DNA of 30,414 bases from IMG/VR virus record IMGVR_UViG_3300020043_001104, positions 1-30,414 of that record, one strand, 5' to 3'. A program made the translations under genes and the position numbers. Shown one piece after another: positions 7,780 through 15,237 of the stretch. Within the stretch, counting starts at the first letter, position 1; every line of letters begins with the position of its first letter. The notes beneath the pieces were generated by a model that was not told where the DNA came from, did no database searches, and saw only the letters and a program-made list of their open reading frames with translations. The DNA is from a virus. Taxonomy: Duplodnaviria > Caudoviricetes.

Positions 7780-8399
7780 AGCGTCACGAACAGAACCGCG
7801 CCAAACCATATAACATTTTCCCGGAACCTTCTAATCATATGTCTACGTTTACGTGCTGCAATCTGTAGAAGTTTTAACTCTGCAATTCTTGCTGCTTCTT
7901 GCTGCTTGTTAATGCGCTCAACTGTCTTTTCATACTTACCCCAAAGTGAACCCAGCTCTGGCGGTGCTCTATAGACCATCGTCTCACGCAGCTCTGCCAT
8001 CATTGAATCCAGCCTAGCCTCTATGATGATCTTACGTAATGCTCTGCGACCTAATGACTCCTGACCTTTGTATACAGTTGTGTTCGCTAGTTCTTCTGCT
8101 AGTAACGCTTTAGCTAACTGATCCTGTGCGTCTAGCAATGCACCAAGTTGATTACCGATTTCAGTGAACACATCATTAGGATCAGACTTGGCTATCTCCT
8201 GAACTCTTGCAACTTCCTCGTTGTACTGAATCTTCTGTGCTGGTGTAGGGTTCGGTATCTTATGAAACTGAACCTTTAAATCATCCAGCACTTCCTTTAC
8301 ATCACCAGCCGCACCTTTAATATCTTTGTAAAGCTGACAGCCTTTCTTAACTGCAGCTACAGCAGCATTAGCTAACGCAAGTAAAGTGAGAGGATCAAT
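7716..8399 (-). CDS. Coiled-coil membrane-anchored protein, probable ATT start
   Basis: The frame of ORF 7716..8291 is open up to ATT at 8399 (IDPLTLLALANAAVAAVKKGCQLYKDIKG), preceded by AAGGGGT; C-terminal TM. Confidence 0.65.
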   Translation of the reverse strand: MDPLTLLALANAAVAAVKKGCQLYKDIKGAAGDVKEVLDDLKVQFHKIPNPTPAQKIQYNEEVARVQEIAKSDPNDVFTEIGNQLGALLDAQDQLAKALLAEELANTTVYKGQESLGRRALRKIIIEARLDSMMAELRETMVYRAPPELGSLWGKYEKTVERINKQQEAARIAELKLLQIAARKRRHMIRRFRENVIWFGAVLFVTLWLISVLILIKTSKTASLGYY

Positions 8400-8402
8400 C
8401 TC

Positions 8403-8558
8403 TTACCCCTTTAGAACAAGCGACAACAGCAGCATAATGATTGCACCAGCACTGCCGATAAGGATAGTCTCTATCTTTTTAAGACGCGCCCAAATACCGT
8501 TGTATCTTTCAGCGCATACTTGTTCGTGAGTATTCAATCTAGCTTCCAAATCGTCCAC
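8403..8558 (-). CDS. 51-aa XhlA-like small membrane protein (holin-associated), not in ORF track
   Basis: GTG start after AGGAG; MDDLEARLNTHEQVCAERYNGIWARLKKIETILIGSAGAIIMLLLSLVLKG is a coiled coil plus C-terminal TM. Confidence 0.75.
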   Translation of the reverse strand: MDDLEARLNTHEQVCAERYNGIWARLKKIETILIGSAGAIIMLLLSLVLKG

Positions 8559-8570
8559 CTCTATCTCCTA

Positions 8571-8939
8571 TCATTCTGTAGTAACTTCTACCCAAGTCTG
8601 AGTTTCCTCGTTCCATGAGTACATCTTTCCATCTGTAGGCATGGCTACTGGAGGCTGCCATTGTGCATTAGCGTCAAGAGTCCAACTTGCATACGGTTTA
8701 GGTGGCACGAACGCATCTATATCTGCTTGATATGTATAACCAACGCCAGCATAATTTTTACGGATAGTTCCGTTGTAGCTAGTCTGTTTCCAATTTGTGT
8801 AACCGCCTGACCATGCAGTTAAAAAATCAATGCCTTTTTGTTCAATTTCATTACCATTTTCATCAAGTAATTCGTTATTTGCAACACAATGCACCTCAAT
8901 AACGATATTGGTATTATTAAGTTTAGCAAAATACGCCAT
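8571..8939 (-). CDS. Tail fibre/adhesin-associated protein (MAYFAKL...WKQTSYN..IRKNYAG.GY family)
   Basis: Motif family that commonly follows Gly-rich tail proteins in aquatic phages. Confidence 0.7.
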   Translation of the reverse strand: MAYFAKLNNTNIVIEVHCVANNELLDENGNEIEQKGIDFLTAWSGGYTNWKQTSYNGTIRKNYAGVGYTYQADIDAFVPPKPYASWTLDANAQWQPPVAMPTDGKMYSWNEETQTWVEVTTE

Positions 8940-8951
8940 ATATGCTTTACC

Positions 8952-9824
8952 TTAAAATGTTATAGAACCATTGCCAGTAAAACTATAAACATAGTCACTA
9001 CCGACATTTGTAACTGTAGGTGAACCAGTAGTAGAAGCAGCCGCGCTAGTGCTTCTAACAATCACTATACCTTTGCCTCCAGCACCAGCACTTGCGCTAG
9101 TATTTCGTCCACCACCACCGCCCGAACCAGTATTAACTGCTCCCGATGTGCCGTCTGAAGCGCCAGATTTTCCGCCAGTACCGCCGATTGATGACCCGCC
9201 TGCCCCTGGGGTTCCAGTTCCAAAAGCAGCACCCCCGCCGCCTCCGGCGTAAAATACTGTCGATCCAACAATAGTTGATGATTTGCCAACACCGCCTGTG
9301 CCGCCGTCAACCGATCCCCCGTCAGAACCAACGCCGCCCGCACCACCGCCAGCCCCGCCAGAGCAAGATGTGCCCGGGTTAAACCCTCCAGAACCACCAG
9401 CAAAACCCTGACCAGATGTGCCAGCCCCGCCTGTACCAACGCTTGCAGCAGCTCCATCTGGAGCGCCCCCGCCACCGCTACCTCCAGCAAGTCCATTCAT
9501 TAAACTTGACGCAGGGAATACGGCACGACCGCCGCCGCCGCCGCCAGTTGCCGTTATTGATATTGCACCACCAATAATTGACGAATCTGAACCGTTCGTT
9601 CCTTGTGATGTTGAACCTCCAGCACCGCCATTACCAACAGTAATAGTGTATGAAACACCTGTTGCAAGAGTAGGCGTTTGTTCTAAAAAGCCACCCGCAC
9701 CGCCGCCTCCGTTTGGGTTATCAGAAGCAGAGCCACCGCCGCCGCCTCCAGCTATAACAAGAACTGTATAAGCTGAACCAGACGCAGCACCCATTGCTTG
9801 CATAATCTTTGAATAAGCAAACAT
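8952..9824 (-). CDS. Glycine-rich tail/adhesin protein
   Basis: Start ATG 9824 (MFAYSK); LVIAGGGGGG, YTITVG.GG, GGSGGG, YAGGGGG, NTGSGGGG, GGKGIVIVR, YSFTGNGSITF. Confidence 0.8.
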   Translation of the reverse strand: MFAYSKIMQAMGAASGSAYTVLVIAGGGGGGSASDNPNGGGGAGGFLEQTPTLATGVSYTITVGNGGAGGSTSQGTNGSDSSIIGGAISITATGGGGGGRAVFPASSLMNGLAGGSGGGGAPDGAAASVGTGGAGTSGQGFAGGSGGFNPGTSCSGGAGGGAGGVGSDGGSVDGGTGGVGKSSTIVGSTVFYAGGGGGAAFGTGTPGAGGSSIGGTGGKSGASDGTSGAVNTGSGGGGGRNTSASAGAGGKGIVIVRSTSAAASTTGSPTVTNVGSDYVYSFTGNGSITF

Positions 9825-9834
9825 TATTAAACCC

Positions 9835-10869
9835 TTATGGTGTGTAACCTTGAGCGATAGAGCCGTACCAGTTAGTACCGTCAGCCACAAACGTCAGAAT
9901 GTCCATCTTGCCAGCCGTAGCAGTAATAGTCGGAGCAGTACCACCAGAGAATTTCACACCAGTAAATGTCGCACTACCGTTACCAGTCGATGCAGCTTGC
10001 TTTAACAATAGAATGAATGACTTACCAGCAGTCGCAGTAGGCATTGTGAATGTACAAGCCGTAGAAGCCGTTAACGTAGCTGTCTGCACTGTGCCGTTAG
10101 TCAATGCTAATGTATGAGAGCTTGATACTGTTCCGATAGAGACAACGCCCTCTGTGTAATTGTTTACACTAGGATTGGTTAGCGTTTTATTCGTTAGTGT
10201 TTCAGAACCAGTTGGAGTCACATAGTCTGTACCAGCCGTAGCAGCAGACAACACACCAGATGTACCTTTTAAAATACCTGTAGTGCTTGCACGTTTAATC
10301 AGCTTGCCTGTCGTTGAGTCAAACAATGCCAACTCAGAATCAACCGATGACGCTGGGCCTGATACATCACCAGCACCTGTGTCACCTTTGGCAGCTAACA
10401 CTAGCCAGTAAGCAGTTTGTGTTGCTGGGTTTTGATTGGTGCCAGCTTGAATAGCCAAATAGCTTGAGCCACTTAAACTAACAACATCATTAATTGCATA
10501 ACTAGCGCCTGAATTCCACGCACCTCGCGGAGTAAATCCAACTGCAGCTGCAGCAGCTGATCCCTCATACACAGAATAGAAGCAGACAAGTGCTGAGCCA
10601 GTAGATGCAGCAGCTTGTATGTAATCACCAGCATTTACATTAATTGGTTTTGGCCAAGTGTAGGTAGTGTTAGCACCAACAGATATGCCAGTGGCCACAG
10701 TAGTGGTTGTGCCTAAACTCTGGATATAAATTTTCAGAGTAATAGTTACAGCACTGCCAGTATTGTTTGCAAACACCAGGCCATGCACCGATGCTTCAAT
10801 GGTAGATGGGCAGGTATAGATTGTTGTATCGCTTGTGCCAATCGCAATTGGCTTGCCTTTTAATGCCAT
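9835..10869 (-). CDS. Secondary tail fibre / adaptor protein (mosaic)
   Basis: N-terminal TTIYTCP adaptor-like domain, RGAWNSGASYAINDVV module, GDVSGPASS..FD.TTGKLIK, ETLTNKTLT, and C-terminal GGTAPTIT..DIL.F..DGTNWYG. Confidence 0.75.
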   Translation of the reverse strand: MALKGKPIAIGTSDTTIYTCPSTIEASVHGLVFANNTGSAVTITLKIYIQSLGTTTTVATGISVGANTTYTWPKPINVNAGDYIQAAASTGSALVCFYSVYEGSAAAAAVGFTPRGAWNSGASYAINDVVSLSGSSYLAIQAGTNQNPATQTAYWLVLAAKGDTGAGDVSGPASSVDSELALFDSTTGKLIKRASTTGILKGTSGVLSAATAGTDYVTPTGSETLTNKTLTNPSVNNYTEGVVSIGTVSSSHTLALTNGTVQTATLTASTACTFTMPTATAGKSFILLLKQAASTGNGSATFTGVKFSGGTAPTITATAGKMDILTFVADGTNWYGSIAQGYTP

Positions 10870-10871
10870 GA

Positions 10872-12335
10872 TTAACTCCCAAAAACCAGAGCCATCGCAA
10901 CCGGATCGGGGATGGCAGAAACAGAGGCGGCAGTTGCCGGCGTAAATGTAAGTGCGTTTGTAACGTCAGTGCTACTTAATGTCACCGCACCTGTTCTAGT
11001 ATTAAAACTTGTAACAGCGCCGCTAACAGAAAATGCAGCCTGATCCCACGCAGAGCCTGTCCAAATAAAAAGCAGATTAGATGTAGAGTTCCAATACAAA
11101 GCTCCCGTCATTAGTGCAGCACCATCATTGTCTACAGATGGTGGGCTAGACTTAGCGCCAAGGTATCGGTCATCAAAACTATCGTAACTTGCAGCAGCAG
11201 CAGTAGCAGATGCACTGGCAGATGTTGCGCTATTGGTTGCAGACAGTGCGCTTAAACTTGCAGATGTGGCCGCAGACTGAGCAGACAAAGCATTTACGCT
11301 AGCACTTTGAACCGCACCAATGTTTGTGGCTACTGTCGTAATGTCAGCACTGATAGGGCCAAGTGCAGCTAGGTCGGCAGTCTGTAAAGCCAGCAATCCA
11401 ATCTGTGAAGACTGACCAGCGACTGTACTGATCTGTGCCGACTGACCAGCAACCGTAGTAATCTGTGGGCTGATAGGGCCAAGCGCTGCAATGTTTGCAG
11501 TCTGTCCAGCAACAGCAGCTAACTGTGCCGAACTAAGCGCAGCAACCTGAGTCACCTCGGTATCAATAGCAGCCACAGCAAGTATGTCAGCAGAGATAGG
11601 AGCAAGGATTGCCATCTCATCTGCAGCACCGGCAATCGCTGTGAGCTGTGCAGAGTTTAGTGAGGCTACAGTTACTACGCTCGACGATATGCCAGCAACA
11701 GTAGTGATGCTTGCTGATATAGGAGCTAATGTAGCTATGCTGGCCGATTGACCTGCGACAGTAGCAACCTGGTTATCAATGGCTGCCACTGCTTGGATCT
11801 CATCTGCTATGGCCGCAACGTCATCCACGTTGGTGGATGTAGGGCCAGGCTCCGGGTTACCGTCAACGTCAAAGGCTAGGTACTTACCAGCACGATCTGC
11901 CTTGCGTGGCAGTGTCATGTTGATTGATGTCGGGTCTGTTTGTGGTGCCTGCAGCGACCTGGCTAATCCTTCAGAGTTTTGCTGCGCAAAGATTGTTTGC
12001 TGGTCGAGCTCGTCGTTTAACGTGTTGGCAAAGAAATCACCACCAGTTACAAAATCACTTGTGCGCTGAATTGTTCTGTTGCCTACAATTGCATACTGAG
12101 TCGGCGACACAGGAGCCAATGCCAGGCCGGCAGAAGTTATAGTTACTGAGCCGGTTCCATTAGCGTTAATCGTGACAGTGTAATGAGTTGTCAGCGTCAG
12201 CAGAACGTCATCTTTATAGACGGCGATGTCAGCAGCTGCCAGGATCTCAAACGTAAATGAATATGGGCCAGCGCCTCCAGCACCGCTGGGCGCATAGACT
12301 GCGCGTCTGGTCACATTACTAATTGGCACCGGCAT
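10872..12335 (-). CDS. Tail fibre protein with T7 gp17-like N-terminal attachment domain
   Basis: YSFTFEIL...IAVY....LLTLTTHYTV and R.SDF..GG...A.TLNDELD N-terminus; Ala/Val repeats; YDSFDDRYLGAK; C-terminal VAMALVFG. Confidence 0.85.
   Translation of the reverse strand: MPVPISNVTRRAVYAPSGAGGAGPYSFTFEILAAADIAVYKDDVLLTLTTHYTVTINANGTGSVTITSAGLALAPVSPTQYAIVGNRTIQRTSDFVTGGDFFANTLNDELDQQTIFAQQNSEGLARSLQAPQTDPTSINMTLPRKADRAGKYLAFDVDGNPEPGPTSTNVDDVAAIADEIQAVAAIDNQVATVAGQSASIATLAPISASITTVAGISSSVVTVASLNSAQLTAIAGAADEMAILAPISADILAVAAIDTEVTQVAALSSAQLAAVAGQTANIAALGPISPQITTVAGQSAQISTVAGQSSQIGLLALQTADLAALGPISADITTVATNIGAVQSASVNALSAQSAATSASLSALSATNSATSASASATAAAASYDSFDDRYLGAKSSPPSVDNDGAALMTGALYWNSTSNLLFIWTGSAWDQAAFSVSGAVTSFNTRTGAVTLSSTDVTNALTFTPATAASVSAIPDPVAMALVFGS
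11330..11800 (-). repeat. Degenerate 30-nt (10-aa) tandem repeats in the tail fibre shaft
   Basis: On the + strand, atctgtgaagactgaccagc (11401), atctgtgccgactgaccagc (11431) and atctgtgggctgatagggcc (11461); protein units TVAGQSAQIS and ALGPISADIT. Confidence 0.7.
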
Positions 12336-12357
12336 AATTTAATCCTTCCTGTTGGAA

Positions 12358-12389
12358 ATTATATAATTCTCAATCGGGTTTGTAATACA
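12358..12389 (-). promoter_or_regulatory. Putative late promoter for the tail fibre/lysis genes
   Basis: TGTA-TTACAA-N16-TATAAT, upstream of the AGGAAGGA RBS of the tail fibre. Confidence 0.55.
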
Positions 12390-15237
12390 GTCCGTTTGCT
12401 TTCCTAAGTTCTTTAATATCCTCAATTTTAATCATTAGCTCAGGGTCTTCTGCCTTTAATTGTTTCTTGGCAAAATCCATGTATTGAGAATGAACATGCT
12501 GGATTTGCTTTTGCTGATCATCAAGTGATAGCAGATCAAAGCCAGGCATCTGGATTGTTTCAAGTATCTTTTCTTTGGATGGGAGTTCTTTTCCATAAAT
12601 GGTTAGCAGTCTGTTGTACTGCTGCGCCGTCATCTCCACCCCATCAATCTTTCGCTCTGGCATCCCAACAGGCGAGCCTATCCGCTGCAATGCGTCGTCT
12701 ACTTCACTAAACTGCTGTGGGCTGACTTTGGTCGGCAGCACAATCTCGTACCACATACCGCGACCCTGTTGAATTGGATCACCCCATAAATTCAAATTGT
12801 CAGGAAGGTCAGTATTAAAGTAAGGCAATCGGCTGCGGTACTTATTAAATGCTTCAGCAAACCCTCGCAATGCCATTGGCAAATCAGGACTAGCCCTGGT
12901 GTCTTTAGCAGATGGATCTAAAATGCGCTCAATGCCAGCCACTAATGAGCTTGTGCCAGGCGCTGGGCTACCGCCAATGACAAACCCGCCAAACTGTTTA
13001 GCCAAACCATCAACTATTTTCTTGCCATCAACTGCACCGCCTTGCTGGCCAGCGCCAATGAGCTTTGCAATATCTGCAATTCCCTGCAAATAAGGCTGCT
13101 CTTTTAAATACTCATACATGCCATAAACGCCACCAAGGAATACCTCTTCAACTTTACTGGCATCTGGCTCATGTCTGGCATATTCGGCATAATCTGACGC
13201 AATAGCTAACAATGCAGATACAGGCTCCATGCCGCTATAACTGAAATAAGTGTCACCAACTTTACAGCTGTATGGTTGCCAGCCATCGCGGATCAATGCT
13301 TCTCTGTCTGCCTTGCGCTCTGGCCCACGGCCAGTGCATAAACCTTCAGCAGCCATCGTCGCAAATGCGGCCAGAACAGTAGAGCCCAAAGTAACTTTGG
13401 CTAAAGCCATATCTCTGTAAACGCCGCCCTTTGCCATCTCTGTTGTCCATCTTGACGACAAAGGGGCAAACGGTGTGCGCTCAATTACATTAAGACCAAT
13501 GTTTGCTGGAGTCTTAAAAAATGGCACAACAATCTTTAGCGCTGGGTGATTAAATACTTGCTGCAGCTTTTCTAATGCTGGTGGCAAATCAGCTGTAAAT
13601 GTACCAATCCTTGCAAATTCCATTGCCGCCTCATCCAAATCATCAGGCGGGTTTTTCATCAAGCTAATTGTTTCTGCCTCTGCTTTTGTTAAAGCATCTG
13701 CCTCACTCATACCAGAATCAATGGCATCCCTATATACGGTTTTGCCTCGTCTAGTAACCTGAGCATTAAGCTCCATGCGATACAGCACAGCTTTAAAAAA
13801 CTCATCTTCACTTAGCAAAGCGCGACCAGGCATCCCAACTGCAGTGCCATAATAATCAAGGCCCTTACCAAACAAACTATCTTGTTTTGCTCCAGTCAAT
13901 TCGCGCAACTGCTCTGGAAGGGTCATGCGCGTAGAGTCGGGCAGCTCTAGTTTATTCGCTACATCCATTACTGGTTCGTTTTTACGGAACGCAATAGACG
14001 AAACCTCAAGACCTTCGCGCACTCCATTGCGAAGTGATTGGATCATTGTTAATGCTTCATCTAGTCCAATCTTTTCATTAGCGCTACCAGGTACTAATGA
14101 TCTCCAGCTGCGCACCTTATCAGGCAAAACATTGGAATACATTGCCGCAACCAAACGCTCTGGTATTTGATACAAACCAAATGCTGTATTTGAAGAGATA
14201 TTTTTTGCGTGCGAAACAGGGCTAGACAATAGCCCATTGATGTAAGTAGAAAACCAAACGTCTTTTAGTAAACCTACCTTTGTTACCTTATCAACTAATT
14301 TTGCTTTTGCTGCATCATCAGTTAATTGCAAAATTGCATTTACAACTTCAGTCATACCAGATGAAATGTTTGGGTCAGCTGCAAGTTTTTTAATTTCATC
14401 AACATTCATTACTGGCCGGCCTTGGTTTAATATAGCCAAAGCCTGGGCTGGTGTTGATGTAATACCTTTTGCCTCTTTAATTACATGCGCTGATAGTGCG
14501 TATTGCTCTATCAACATTTGCATAAGCTCTGGTGTTTCGCCCTCAGTTTTGATGCGCTTCATAACTGATTGCAAACGATCTACTTGAGCAGGCACCGCAA
14601 ACGCAGCACGCAATACCGTGGAAGGTATATCTTTTATTTCTTTTGTTTGGCCGTCCATTCCGCGCAAATAAGCATCATCAAAGCCAAGCGCTTCAACCTG
14701 TTTTAAAACCTGATCTTTTGTTATGCGCGTGTAATCAACCGCCGTATCTTTAGCAATACTTTGAACATACTTAGCAACACTCTTGTCGTCAAATAGATCA
14801 TAGTTAATTACTTCACCAGTGCTAGGTTTCCCTGTGCCTGGTGCCGCTCTTGCGGAAGATCTAATTTTTGCTGGTGTTGGAGTAACAAAAGCAGGCTCAA
14901 GTTTTACTTCAGCTGCAGGCTTAACTTCTGGCATTGCTTTGGCTGCATCTTGAGCAGCTGTGGTTGCAGCAGCTTCTTCTTGCATTGCTGCTCTAGTGCG
15001 TGGTTTGGTATCCGTAACTACATCACGCAATACCTTGGCACCGCCTTTGACAATATCGCGCAAGCCAGCAAGCTGCACGCCATCCATGTTGGGTGTGCCT
15101 GGCTCAGAAGTATCTGTAATTTGTGCATTCGTATCCCGCATTTCTGCAGGCATCGGCTCAAGCTCTAACTCACCAGCCTGGGCGACTGGCAATTGTTCTG
15201 GCAATATAGATGCTAGGCGCTGTTCAAGTGAGGCCAT
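12370..15237 (-). CDS. Large internal virion (DNA ejection) protein, gp16 position
   Basis: 955 aa, located just before the tail fibre; LLSSP.SH.KN, R.L..EDEFFK, VPFFKTPANI and GWQPYS motifs typical of this class. Confidence 0.75.
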   Translation of the reverse strand: MASLEQRLASILPEQLPVAQAGELELEPMPAEMRDTNAQITDTSEPGTPNMDGVQLAGLRDIVKGGAKVLRDVVTDTKPRTRAAMQEEAAATTAAQDAAKAMPEVKPAAEVKLEPAFVTPTPAKIRSSARAAPGTGKPSTGEVINYDLFDDKSVAKYVQSIAKDTAVDYTRITKDQVLKQVEALGFDDAYLRGMDGQTKEIKDIPSTVLRAAFAVPAQVDRLQSVMKRIKTEGETPELMQMLIEQYALSAHVIKEAKGITSTPAQALAILNQGRPVMNVDEIKKLAADPNISSGMTEVVNAILQLTDDAAKAKLVDKVTKVGLLKDVWFSTYINGLLSSPVSHAKNISSNTAFGLYQIPERLVAAMYSNVLPDKVRSWRSLVPGSANEKIGLDEALTMIQSLRNGVREGLEVSSIAFRKNEPVMDVANKLELPDSTRMTLPEQLRELTGAKQDSLFGKGLDYYGTAVGMPGRALLSEDEFFKAVLYRMELNAQVTRRGKTVYRDAIDSGMSEADALTKAEAETISLMKNPPDDLDEAAMEFARIGTFTADLPPALEKLQQVFNHPALKIVVPFFKTPANIGLNVIERTPFAPLSSRWTTEMAKGGVYRDMALAKVTLGSTVLAAFATMAAEGLCTGRGPERKADREALIRDGWQPYSCKVGDTYFSYSGMEPVSALLAIASDYAEYARHEPDASKVEEVFLGGVYGMYEYLKEQPYLQGIADIAKLIGAGQQGGAVDGKKIVDGLAKQFGGFVIGGSPAPGTSSLVAGIERILDPSAKDTRASPDLPMALRGFAEAFNKYRSRLPYFNTDLPDNLNLWGDPIQQGRGMWYEIVLPTKVSPQQFSEVDDALQRIGSPVGMPERKIDGVEMTAQQYNRLLTIYGKELPSKEKILETIQMPGFDLLSLDDQQKQIQHVHSQYMDFAKKQLKAEDPELMIKIEDIKELRKANGLYYKPD

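Noticed and set aside
9049-9771. Pro-rich plus-strand ORFs, and the many other antisense ORFs in the track
   Set aside because: Shadows of Gly/Ala-rich minus-strand genes, with no RBS or operon context.
11401-11480. CRISPR-like repeat-spacer array
   Set aside because: In-frame 30-nt coding repeats with no unique spacers and no cas genes.
8571-12335. BPP-1-type diversity-generating retroelement acting on the tail fibres
   Set aside because: No reverse transcriptase, and no ~100-nt repeat pair differing at adenines, was seen in the window.
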